Shown: positions 15,460 to 24,632 of the stretch, piece by piece
Layout of the letters: every line of letters begins with the position of its first letter
Numbering within the stretch: the first letter of the stretch is position 1
DNA from: Calditrichia bacterium
GTDB taxonomy: Bacteria > Calditrichota > Calditrichia > RBG-13-44-9 > J075
Direction of reading: 5' to 3'
Assembly (NCBI GenBank): GCA_050633245.1
Contig: JBOEGD010000010.1
Coordinates: forward strand, 221,989 to 285,988
Length of the DNA: 64,000 bases
Made by a program: the position numbers and the translations under genes
The notes under the pieces: generated by a model
Told to the model about the DNA's origin: nothing
What the model saw: the letters and a program-made list of their open reading frames with translations, nothing else
The model's database searches: none

Positions 15460-16776
15460 CTACATGTTTAGCTTGCGCATACGCTGCTGTAAATTTTGGC
15501 GGGTTATGCCAAGGTGTCGTGCTGCGGTAGTGATATTTTTTTCATTTTCCTCCAGTGCCCGCAGAATGAGGCGTGTCTCTACTTCGCGCAGGTTGGCCGC
15601 TAAATTCAGTGCTTCTCGCTGTTCCTTCGGATTTACACCCTGAAGGGCCGCCGTTTTTTCCAAATCGCTGATGGTAAGGCGAATATCATAAGGACGAAGT
15701 GTCACTAATACTCCTAAAAGCAAGTTTCGCAGCTGCCGGACATTACCGCTAAACTGGCGCGCACAAAGCCATCGGCAAACTTCCTCAGTAAAGATGCTCT
15801 TCCAACCGGGAATTGTTGCAACCCAGGTTTGCTCGAGAATGTGCTTTGCGATTGTGATTACGTCAGAGGGGCGGTTTCGCAGTGGAGGCAAATTTAACTG
15901 GAGTGCATTTAAGCGATGAAATAGATCTTCTCGAAACTTTCCCTGCTGAATTTCTTTTCTCAATTCGCGATTCGTCAATGCGATTATTCGAATGTCTATT
16001 TTTTTCCGTTCATGACTTCCAACCGGCATAATCTCATTATTATCAATTGCTCTCAATAGCTTGGCCTGAAGATTGATATCGAGCTCACCTATTTCGTCCA
16101 GAATAAGTGTTCCACCATTGGCATAGGCAAAGTGGCCGGTTTTTGCCCGGCTTGCTCCCGTAAAGGCCCCCTTCATATGCCCAAAGAACTCCGAGTCAAA
16201 AAGTTGTGGTGAAATCGCAGCACAATTTACGACATGATATGGCCCCGACTTTCTGGAGCTAAACGAATGAATGTGACTTGCCAGTAAGTCTTTCCCGGTA
16301 CCCGTTTCGCCACAGATCAAAACAGGTTCTTCCAGAAACGCTATTCGCTTTGCACGCTGCATTATGTTTCGCATAGCGCGACTCACGGCAATAATTGGTC
16401 GGTTTGTATCGGGTTGTCCAAATTTTCGTGTTCGCGCGGCCAGAATTGTAACAATCCGTTGCGAAACTGTCTCAATCAATTGATTATCAGCACTAAGGTC
16501 ACCTTCGAGCTGATAGCTATTTTCATTGAGATTCGGTAACCTATGTGGACATGAAATCAGGATGATCATTTTGGGAAAGTGGTTGTTTATTAATTCAACC
16601 GCACAGCGTATTGGTGAGAAAGATTCACCAACAAGCAATACTGCCAACTTACCAGATAGCGAGGCCGGTTCCAGTTCCTCCAGAGAATAAAAATCTGCCT
16701 GAAAAGGATTTAGTAACTCAACATAGTCTTTTAAACTTTGACAATTCTCGGTGATGACAGCCATCCGAAATCTCAT
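15460..16776 (-). CDS. Sigma54-dependent enhancer-binding transcriptional activator (AAA+ plus Fis HTH)
   Basis: GETGTGK, SEFFGHMKGAFTGA, LDEIGEL, FREDLFHRLN, GNVRQL, AARHLGITRQNL. Confidence 0.92.
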   Translation of the reverse strand: MRFRMAVITENCQSLKDYVELLNPFQADFYSLEELEPASLSGKLAVLLVGESFSPIRCAVELINNHFPKMIILISCPHRLPNLNENSYQLEGDLSADNQLIETVSQRIVTILAARTRKFGQPDTNRPIIAVSRAMRNIMQRAKRIAFLEEPVLICGETGTGKDLLASHIHSFSSRKSGPYHVVNCAAISPQLFDSEFFGHMKGAFTGASRAKTGHFAYANGGTLILDEIGELDINLQAKLLRAIDNNEIMPVGSHERKKIDIRIIALTNRELRKEIQQGKFREDLFHRLNALQLNLPPLRNRPSDVITIAKHILEQTWVATIPGWKSIFTEEVCRWLCARQFSGNVRQLRNLLLGVLVTLRPYDIRLTISDLEKTAALQGVNPKEQREALNLAANLREVETRLILRALEENEKNITTAARHLGITRQNLQQRMRKLNM

Positions 16777-16789
16777 TGTTGTCTCCCTA

Positions 16790-17269
16790 TTACTTCCTCA
16801 GCGTAATCCAATCTGTCTTTTTTCCTTTTTTAATACCAAGTTTCTCAGGGTGAATAGCGATAACTTTTATGTTAAAAATTGTGTCACCAACTGCACAAAA
16901 ACCCGTACGCTCGTTTTCCCCTTCTACGATGGCCAACAATCCATTATCCCCCTCCATAAATCCGATGTATTGCACATGAGGCATCCTCACTGGTGGCAGA
17001 GGCTTAGGCCGGGGCTTTTTGATACGGACCGCCTTTTTCTTTGATGGGTAAAACGGGCTTTTCACTTCAGAAATACGCCGAAGGAACGCTTCTTCACTAA
17101 GAAGTACAGGCTCGTTAATATTATTTCTCCGCAAATTATCCTGAAGAGCAACTTCCTCCTCTGTATGAACCTCCAACCCCTGATATATCCGCAACCCCAC
17201 AATTCCCCAAATAATCAGAGATGCAGTAAGCAGTAGGATCGTCGTTCCCCGCTTAACCGTTGTCCTCAT
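16790..17269 (-). CDS. Bitopic assembly protein, PilP/GspC-like position
   Basis: N-terminal TM (LIIWGIVGLRI), SPF motif, Pro/Lys linker, C-terminal YIG..LAIV..VGDTI beta domain; lies within the operon. Confidence 0.55.
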   Translation of the reverse strand: MRTTVKRGTTILLLTASLIIWGIVGLRIYQGLEVHTEEEVALQDNLRRNNINEPVLLSEEAFLRRISEVKSPFYPSKKKAVRIKKPRPKPLPPVRMPHVQYIGFMEGDNGLLAIVEGENERTGFCAVGDTIFNIKVIAIHPEKLGIKKGKKTDWITLRK

Positions 17270-17825
17270 TCTTGCCTCGTTTATGTATAATTACATCAAG
17301 ATCCAGTTCGAACTTTGTCTTGACGCTGCCTTTCCTGATTATCTGCTGGGAGAATCGCCGAATCTGATAGTTACTTCCTTTCGATTCAAGTACAAAAACA
17401 AGCCTGCTCACCTGCTTGAAACTACCTGAGGCCTGAAGTTTTATCGGCAGCAGAATCAACCGGCCCCGAAGCTGCGGTTTTTCAGGCTTCAGGACAACCA
17501 ACTCGACTCCGCATCTGCGAATTTCTTTGGTCAATGCTTCTATAATCTCGCCCTGATTAGTAAAGTCAGTCAGGCGCGTTTTCATAGAGTCTACCTGAGC
17601 ACGCATTGTCTTATTCCTTTGCCTGAACTGTAAAATAGAATTATTCAAAACCTCAGGTGATGTCTGAAGCTCCTGTTCATTGACAACAGACTTGCGCAAT
17701 TCATACAATGCATCAACCTCCCGAAGCAGTAATCTACTGCATACAAGAATGACCACAATTAGCATGCAGACAGGCCAATAAACGTTGTATTTAGAGTATT
17801 GCAAGAACAACCTCAAAGTAGACAT
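17253..17825 (-). CDS. PilO/GspM-like protein
   Basis: TM, coiled coil, LPIKLQASGSFKQVSRLVFVLE ferredoxin-like PilO pattern. Confidence 0.7.
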   Translation of the reverse strand: MSTLRLFLQYSKYNVYWPVCMLIVVILVCSRLLLREVDALYELRKSVVNEQELQTSPEVLNNSILQFRQRNKTMRAQVDSMKTRLTDFTNQGEIIEALTKEIRRCGVELVVLKPEKPQLRGRLILLPIKLQASGSFKQVSRLVFVLESKGSNYQIRRFSQQIIRKGSVKTKFELDLDVIIHKRGKNEDNG

Positions 17826-19092
17826 ATCCGTTATGGTAGTTTTCCCGCTTGATTCTGCCGCGGAATTCCGATTTAGTAAGCAGCTGCTTTAACTCGATGC
17901 CGCTGACCATGAGAGTTGATTGGAAATTGTTTAGTAGCAATGCGACTTTCTCATCTCCTTCAGCGTATCCGGAGAAGTTCCAGCTTGCCTCCTCCCGCTC
18001 ATTTATTATCTGGGAAAACCATACTCCCTTCGGCGTGATTTCGGCAAACTGCAAAAGCTGTAAAGCTGTAAAAGAAGATGGGATCGCCAGAGAATCAAGA
18101 ATATGCTTGTGCCCACGTAACTCTTGATTCGACCGTTTTAGACTCACCAGCTCGTTTTTCTGCCCTATCAAATTTATATTTTGGGTCTGAAGTTTCAGCT
18201 GTAGATCAGAGTAATAATAGACGGCTCCCGCAATAGCCCCATACATAATCAGTGTTAACATGCCCAGAAGCAGAATACCGCGAAACGCGAGATACTTGAT
18301 CAACACCGTTTGGTCAGCTTTTGTCACCTCACCCTGACGCAGATCTATTTCTGAGGAATCTTTGTTTAATAATGTTAGTGCAGCACCAAAGGCAGCTTGC
18401 TGTGAATCTTTCAGAGGTAAGTCATGAATCCGGCACAACGATGCGCCATATTTGTCTTGTACGCCACTTACTGCATTCTGCTCATCAAGAAGACCTAGCG
18501 TGCTCTCTTCCTTATCACTTAATATCAACTTCCAATACCCCTCAGGGCTGGATGTGCTCAAGCGGGCATCCGAAAGAGAATAATATTTTGTTAACTGATT
18601 AAGTGCATTTAATCGGCTAAACAAGTGCGATCGCTCTGTTGGTATTCCATCCGGGAATTTCGCCAGGCTTCCCAAGCGCCAAAAGGTTATCAGATCAGTT
18701 TCTTTATTCAGAAGCACCTTAATGAAATCAATGTCTGGCTGCTCATCGACCGAAGCACCTCCCAATTTCATTTCCTCTTCAGACATATTACCCGAAAGCA
18801 TATAATGCGTAGCCGATGAGGGCGCGAGAACAGCAATATGAGCGACGTTTCTAAGAAATTCGTCCAGCTTTTGTTCTTTAAATTCGGCCAAAGAAATGCA
18901 ATAACAACGCTGCTTCACGATACAAAATCCACTGAATGTCTTTCTCAGTGTTACAATGCAAATCTCTGAATCAGTTGCGTCGATTCCAACAAACAGATCA
19001 CCGGGAAATGACACCTCTTTCAGGAAACTTAAGGTCTTTTCTACAAACTCCGTGAGTTGCTCCCTCATTGCCTCTCCCCTCCCGGCAACCAA
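17791..19092 (-). CDS. PilM/PilN (GspL-like) fusion protein
   Basis: N-terminal VGID actin-like start, AFGAAL, TM, coiled coil, PKGVWFSQI..FSGYA PilN pattern. Confidence 0.65.
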   Translation of the reverse strand: MVAGRGEAMREQLTEFVEKTLSFLKEVSFPGDLFVGIDATDSEICIVTLRKTFSGFCIVKQRCYCISLAEFKEQKLDEFLRNVAHIAVLAPSSATHYMLSGNMSEEEMKLGGASVDEQPDIDFIKVLLNKETDLITFWRLGSLAKFPDGIPTERSHLFSRLNALNQLTKYYSLSDARLSTSSPEGYWKLILSDKEESTLGLLDEQNAVSGVQDKYGASLCRIHDLPLKDSQQAAFGAALTLLNKDSSEIDLRQGEVTKADQTVLIKYLAFRGILLLGMLTLIMYGAIAGAVYYYSDLQLKLQTQNINLIGQKNELVSLKRSNQELRGHKHILDSLAIPSSFTALQLLQFAEITPKGVWFSQIINEREEASWNFSGYAEGDEKVALLLNNFQSTLMVSGIELKQLLTKSEFRGRIKRENYHNGYVYFEVVLAIL

Positions 19093-20942
19093 TCTTCTGT
19101 ATACAAAAGGTGAGGTGTTACGTAAATAATTAACTCACTTTTGGCTTTTGTTCTGCTGGTATTGCTAAACAGCTTTCCAAGCAGTGGAATGCGGCCAAGC
19201 AAGGGCACCCGGCTGACACTTTCAGAATCGATTTCCTGAATTAATCCGCCCAGGACAATCGTCTCCCCATCGCGGAGACGAACAGTTGAGCTTAGACTGC
19301 GACTCTGAATATTGGGTGGCAAACTCGGGTCGAGTTGTTCGCCGGGTGTATTGAACTCAGGATAAATTTCAACAGTGATTTCCCCTGACGCACTTACCCA
19401 GGGAGTTACCTTAAGCGAAATATTTATTTCAATAGTTTGAAATCGTTCCGTCGTTTGTAGAAAGACTTGTGATGGGTCGCGAAGTGGTGTTTCGGAAATG
19501 AGTTTATAGTATTGAGTTTCTCCAACCTTCAGCTCAGCACTATGGCCATTAAGAGTAGATATTTGCGGGCGAGAGCGAACTTTGGCTTTGCCGGCACTTT
19601 CCATTGCACGAACCCGCAAATAAAAGTCCTCCGGAAGCTTACCAATGTTCACTCCCGTGAGAGCCTTATCGAGTTTCCCCAAATACTTGTTCGCGACCGA
19701 ACCATTCCAGAGGAAGTCGATACCTGGAATCCAACCGTCTCCCCTTGCACGCGTAGAGTCGCCATAATCTAGCCCGGCCTGCACTGAGAACTCATAACTA
19801 TCCGAGACGGTATAGTCCACCACAAGCGCTTCAAAAAACACTTGTGGTATCGGATTATCAATTTCCTTAAGAATATTCTTAATTTGCATAATGACATCAG
19901 GAGAGCCGTTTACCAGCAACGCATTATGTTCGGGTACAACCTTTATGTCTGATGATGCCGTTACCTTATTCGGTAAACGTTCGATAACACCATCAACTTT
20001 GAGATGATTCAGCCGAAAAAGCCGAGATGTTTGCATGCTCCGTGCATCATTCTTGGCAATAAGATACAGGTTTTTCTTGCGTCGCCAACTAAAACCCGTT
20101 TCCAAAAGTACTGTTTGCAGGCATTCCTCCAGAGTCGCGTCGGTCAGGTTGAGAGTAAGGGAGCCCTGGGGCTCACCGATAATCGACAGGCTTGCTTTTT
20201 CTGTTGAAGCCAATTCACTGAGCACTTTTGCAATTGGAACCTTTTGCGCCTGGATACTTATTCGCCCATCTTTCTTCTGAACCCATAACCCCCTACCCGG
20301 CTCTTTTTTGTCGATAAACATCCGCTCTATCAACCAGGCTTTTCCGTTGCGATTTAAGCGTAATCCATTCGTGCGCATGAGAAGAGTTAATCCCTCTTCA
20401 AAGGGTAAGTTGGTAATCTTTCCGCTGATTGAACCGCTAATAGATTGGTCCGCAAGAATGGTATATCCGGTAGAATCTGCTAATCTCGCCAACACCAACT
20501 TTAGTGGCTCATCATCTACATCCACAGACAAATGTTCATTTCGCCAGTTGATTTTGCAGTTCGGTTCAGGTATCGGTTGTATTTCCGGCATAACGGTTAA
20601 GACACCGTTTTCAAACTCGAGTTGCAATCCATGCCGTTTGGCGATGTGAGTAAGCACATCAATAATCCGAACGTCTGTTAACTGCGTCGTAATCTTTGCA
20701 GCAACCTCCGGACTTACAAATACGTTCAGATGATACTGTTTGGCAATTCCGCGAATGACATCTCGAATATCAGTACTGCGGAAATCCACTGACTTGATTT
20801 TCTCGAAGTACGCTGCCGGCACACCAGACAAACTGCTATCGGCAAGGCTGTCCGCCTCACCAAATGCAGATGCGCGTCCCAGAAAGAGTAGAATCAAAGA
20901 TAAAATCACTAAGAATTTTAGACGCATGGCAAGTGGGCTCAT
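19065..20942 (-). CDS. gspD: Secretin (GspD/PilQ family) with STN domains
   Basis: DFRSTDIRDV, NALLVNG, PQVFFEALVV, SRPQISTLNG, LKVTP, TVRLRDGETIVLGGLI, VPLLGRIPLLGKLF, SELIIYVTP. Confidence 0.93.
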   Translation of the reverse strand: MSPLAMRLKFLVILSLILLFLGRASAFGEADSLADSSLSGVPAAYFEKIKSVDFRSTDIRDVIRGIAKQYHLNVFVSPEVAAKITTQLTDVRIIDVLTHIAKRHGLQLEFENGVLTVMPEIQPIPEPNCKINWRNEHLSVDVDDEPLKLVLARLADSTGYTILADQSISGSISGKITNLPFEEGLTLLMRTNGLRLNRNGKAWLIERMFIDKKEPGRGLWVQKKDGRISIQAQKVPIAKVLSELASTEKASLSIIGEPQGSLTLNLTDATLEECLQTVLLETGFSWRRKKNLYLIAKNDARSMQTSRLFRLNHLKVDGVIERLPNKVTASSDIKVVPEHNALLVNGSPDVIMQIKNILKEIDNPIPQVFFEALVVDYTVSDSYEFSVQAGLDYGDSTRARGDGWIPGIDFLWNGSVANKYLGKLDKALTGVNIGKLPEDFYLRVRAMESAGKAKVRSRPQISTLNGHSAELKVGETQYYKLISETPLRDPSQVFLQTTERFQTIEINISLKVTPWVSASGEITVEIYPEFNTPGEQLDPSLPPNIQSRSLSSTVRLRDGETIVLGGLIQEIDSESVSRVPLLGRIPLLGKLFSNTSRTKAKSELIIYVTPHLLYTEDWLPGGERQ

Positions 20943-21110
20943 TTTCTTTTCATAATCTTTTATGTTGAGGCGAATAACTGTTCAGTTAGTTTTATGTTAT
21001 TGAACTTCTAATACTCGTTTCAATCTGATATTCTTATAAACGATGAAAATTCTCAAAAAAAATTTCAAAAAATTAAAAAAAAGTTTGACTTTTAGAAAAA
21101 AATCAAACAT

Positions 21111-21551
21111 ATGTTAAATATGAACATTTTTTCCAAACATGCGCTGGGCAGTAAAATAAAATTGGTTATCAAAAATTCTCCGTTTACGCAGAAAGTATTA
21201 GCGAAGGACTTAAAGATAACTGAAACGACCCTTTCAAACTATGTAGCAGGCAGGCGGCTCCCGGACGCTCAGCTAGTTGCAGGTTTGGCAAAACTCTGCA
21301 ATGTCAGTTTAAATTGGCTATTGCTAGGAGAAGGCGACATGTCATTGGAGAAATCGATCCACCCAGCACCGCACCAGGAATTTATCGAGCAGTTAAAGGA
21401 AGAGGTAGAAATGCTTCGCGCTCAAAACAATCAGCTATTAGAGCAGCTAATTAATTTGACATCGACGAGCAGTAAACAGGATAACAAACTCAAGACTCTT
21501 GAAAAAGATGTTCAGATCATAAAGCAGAAGCTTGATAATGAAGATACTTAG
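21111..21551 (+). CDS. XRE-family HTH transcriptional regulator with C-terminal coiled coil
   Basis: TQKVLAKDLKITETTLSNYVAGRRLPD..VSLNWLLLGEG. Confidence 0.85.
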   Translation: MLNMNIFSKHALGSKIKLVIKNSPFTQKVLAKDLKITETTLSNYVAGRRLPDAQLVAGLAKLCNVSLNWLLLGEGDMSLEKSIHPAPHQEFIEQLKEEVEMLRAQNNQLLEQLINLTSTSSKQDNKLKTLEKDVQIIKQKLDNEDT

Positions 21552-22896
21552 GGCTAAGCAGTCTTTGAATGACAAAGGTTCTGCGCTTAATGCAGTTCTA
21601 ATGCTTTCATTGCTTGTAAGCCTCACGCTACTAATTTTTCTTAGTGTGTATGTCCGACAGTTTCACTTTGCAAATTCGACTCTTCGAGGAACCCAAGCGC
21701 ACTATCATGCGGAAAGCGGCATCATTGAATGGCTTCATGCAATGGAAAATTATCAGACAGGCTCCCAGCAAAACACATTACAATCGACTCTTCTGCTATC
21801 ATGTGGAGACAGCATTGCAATATCCTCACTGCGCTGGGGAGTCTTTCAACGGGTTTATTCTCGCGAGCATAAAAATGCCAACGGCATTCGCGCTACAATT
21901 GGCTACGCATATGCCAAGCAATTTAATGCCAGTTTGATTGTCCAACCTCTCAATCAGTCGCTGATAGTCTGTGAGGATACACGACTTTACGATCGTGTTA
22001 TCTGCGGACCACAAGGAGTTCGCGCACAACGCTTGCAAGGTGTACCCTATTCCGGAGAAAAACCTGTATATGGCAAACTTTATAAATCTACCCTGGATCA
22101 TCGCCCAAAAGTCCGTCATCAACAACTAAAAGATATTGTGCGGCATTATCGTAAGGGCATTTCAGATTGGCAACACATACAGCTACAAAAGAATGCCATA
22201 AGCCCCGAGAATGTCATTCAACTACCTCAATCCAAGGTGCTATATAAGACGGATCAACTTATTGATTCAAAATCTCCTTTAACCATTATAGGCCCCGGGA
22301 AATTGCTGGTTACAGACGCTTCATTTTTTGAGCAAAAATTAAAGATAAGAAATGAGGTTGAGGTTTTGATTTCAGCAAGATGTCGAATTGGTTCCAACGT
22401 TGAATTACAGAACGTTATACTCTTCTCGACACTGCCATTAAGTCTTAAAGATGTACAAGCGAGCCAGCTCCAGATTATCTCAACAAATGAGGTAATAGTT
22501 GAAGGAAACAGCTCTCTCGGTGAAAATTCGGTTGTACTTTCAATTCCTGATGAAGATGGAATCGGTATTTCAATTCGTGATCGAGTTGCTATTTCGGGAA
22601 GCGTATGCCTGGTAAATAGCAATAACAATCCGGCTGCTTGGAACAACACTATCCAGATTACGCGGAATGCAAGGGTAGAAGGACTGGTCTTCAGCGACTG
22701 GCTATTAAATTTGGGAGGAACAGTAAATGGATGCACTATAGCTAGTCGCTTTCATTTTTATAAATCACCTACTCACTTCTATAACTGGATTCGCAACGCC
22801 ACTATTCGTCAAAGCTCCGAAGCTCTTAGCGGTATTCCTCTTTTTTTCGATTTACCGGACAGCAATCGCGCCGTTGTTTACCGGGAGGAATTATGA
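21532..22896 (+). CDS. PilX/GspK-like minor pilin with a beta-helix-like C-terminal region
   Basis: DKG|SAL hydrophobic helix, QAHYHAESGI PilX motif; coupled to two minor pilin genes. Confidence 0.65.
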   Translation: MIMKILRAKQSLNDKGSALNAVLMLSLLVSLTLLIFLSVYVRQFHFANSTLRGTQAHYHAESGIIEWLHAMENYQTGSQQNTLQSTLLLSCGDSIAISSLRWGVFQRVYSREHKNANGIRATIGYAYAKQFNASLIVQPLNQSLIVCEDTRLYDRVICGPQGVRAQRLQGVPYSGEKPVYGKLYKSTLDHRPKVRHQQLKDIVRHYRKGISDWQHIQLQKNAISPENVIQLPQSKVLYKTDQLIDSKSPLTIIGPGKLLVTDASFFEQKLKIRNEVEVLISARCRIGSNVELQNVILFSTLPLSLKDVQASQLQIISTNEVIVEGNSSLGENSVVLSIPDEDGIGISIRDRVAISGSVCLVNSNNNPAAWNNTIQITRNARVEGLVFSDWLLNLGGTVNGCTIASRFHFYKSPTHFYNWIRNATIRQSSEALSGIPLFFDLPDSNRAVVYREEL

Positions 22897-23249
22897 CCCT
22901 GCAAGATGAAAAAGGATACACTCTGATAGAGGTACTTACAGCGTTGGTATTGCTCTTCCTGATACTCACCCCAACCACTTACGTAATTACCAAGCTAATA
23001 ACCGGTGCTGATATCGAGGATAGAAGAAATGCCAATATTATTTGTATCAATACCGCAGAGAAGGCTCTCCTAATGGGCGAGACCGGCTCTGCTGAGGAGA
23101 ACTATCTGTTCAAGGGCAGGCGCTATCAAATTCGGAAGAAGCTGGAATCAAAGAGAGAAGGCTTGCAGCTTTTCTCTGTGACCGTCTCGCGCCATAAGCG
23201 CATACTAAGTGAACTACACCACGTCTTACCTGCTTTGGAGGAGCGATAG
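22893..23249 (+). CDS. Minor pseudopilin (GspI/PilV-like)
   Basis: EKG|YTLIEVLTALVLL class III signal. Confidence 0.8.
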   Translation: MTLQDEKGYTLIEVLTALVLLFLILTPTTYVITKLITGADIEDRRNANIICINTAEKALLMGETGSAEENYLFKGRRYQIRKKLESKREGLQLFSVTVSRHKRILSELHHVLPALEER

Positions 23250-23770
23250 TGAACTCGTTATTAATTGAGTATCAGAATCATCCGATCAGAAATGAAAAGG
23301 GGTATACGCTAATCGAACTTTTAATCGCTATGCAGCTCGCAATGATGATAATCGGCCTTGCTGTTTGGGGATATGGGTTTACGACAAAAGTTTTAAATAA
23401 GTGGCAACAGAATGTTGTAAGTCAAATTGAACTGATCCGCCTTGAAAATTCAATTCGTATTCCTTTAAATCGTATTCTGATAATTAAGCAAGCAGATGAA
23501 CGTTTCCTGGCCGGCCAAACGTGCGACGGATCAAAAATTATAATTAAACACGATACCTCAAGTTTGCAATTTAACAGCAAAGTTATTACGGGAATAAAGA
23601 AGCATAGAATACGCTATCATCTCGGAAACAATAATGACATCACTATGGTGGAAAGTGTTCCAAAAGCCTGGTTAAAACACATTCGGGCCATAGAAGTTGA
23701 GTTGCATCCTACTTTAGAAAACGCAAAGCCCATTCGTTTCTTACAGAGAATAAAATGGGGTAAAATTTAA
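23249..23770 (+). CDS. Minor pseudopilin (GspJ/PilW-like)
   Basis: EKG|YTLIELLIAM class III signal. Confidence 0.8.
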   Translation: MNSLLIEYQNHPIRNEKGYTLIELLIAMQLAMMIIGLAVWGYGFTTKVLNKWQQNVVSQIELIRLENSIRIPLNRILIIKQADERFLAGQTCDGSKIIIKHDTSSLQFNSKVITGIKKHRIRYHLGNNNDITMVESVPKAWLKHIRAIEVELHPTLENAKPIRFLQRIKWGKI

Positions 23771-24543
23771 AAAAAGCCAAGTATATGCAACAACTCAGAC
23801 TCACTGGGGAACAAAAGTAATATTGTGGATGCGCACAAAAAACTTCCGAACGGTAGTTCATTATTTATTCTCTTCTTGTCATATAGATAGGTAAGCCCAG
23901 CATATAACAGTCCCAGAGTTGATGCTAAAAAAAGCGATGCTAAGAAACCAGATATTCCCAGCGCCATTCCGATAACCATGCCCAATTTCACATCACCTAA
24001 ACCCATGCTCTCACGACCCAAACAATAATTTCCTACTCGCCTTATCAGTAGTAGTAATGCTGAAGCCATGAAGCCATCTAATAAACGTACCGCAAACTGA
24101 TCTTCGACAAACCCCTGAATCAACAAGATGACGCCTGCCGTCGCTACCAGAAAATTCGGGATTCTATAGTGTTGCCAATCAATCACGAGAATCGTAGCGA
24201 GGACTGAACCAATAATCAGAACCGACAAGGCCTGCAAGGAGAATCCAAAATAAATCACAGTGATGGTAAAGAACATGCCGGAAAAGAGTTCAACGAGAGG
24301 ATATTGAACTGAGATTTTCGATCTGCAGCTTGCACATCGCCTACCGAGTAAAAAATAACTCAAAATAGGAATGTTATGGAATGCCGAAATAGCATGGGTA
24401 CATACCGGACAATAAGATCGCCTCGGATTCAGTAACGAAATCCCACGAGGAATGCGATAGATACAGCTATTTAAAAAACTGCCAATCAGCAGTCCTAAAA
24501 TAGCAACAGATAAGAGGATAAGTTCAGGCGCGACTTTAGACAT
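23767..24543 (-). CDS. pilD: Prepilin peptidase/N-methyltransferase
   Basis: IGSFLN..IYRIP, SYCPVC, NIPILSY..GRRCASC, YPLVE, ID..IP, MGLGDVKL, LPFG. Confidence 0.92.
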   Translation of the reverse strand: MSKVAPELILLSVAILGLLIGSFLNSCIYRIPRGISLLNPRRSYCPVCTHAISAFHNIPILSYFLLGRRCASCRSKISVQYPLVELFSGMFFTITVIYFGFSLQALSVLIIGSVLATILVIDWQHYRIPNFLVATAGVILLIQGFVEDQFAVRLLDGFMASALLLLIRRVGNYCLGRESMGLGDVKLGMVIGMALGISGFLASLFLASTLGLLYAGLTYLYDKKRINNELPFGSFLCASTILLLFPSESELLHILGFF

Positions 24544-24632
24544 TATGCGAACTCCGGCTGGTGACCAACGACTTTTTAGTCTCTGTACCGGTATATTCGC
24601 AGGAACGAAAGAAATTTTGAAAATTAGCGAAA

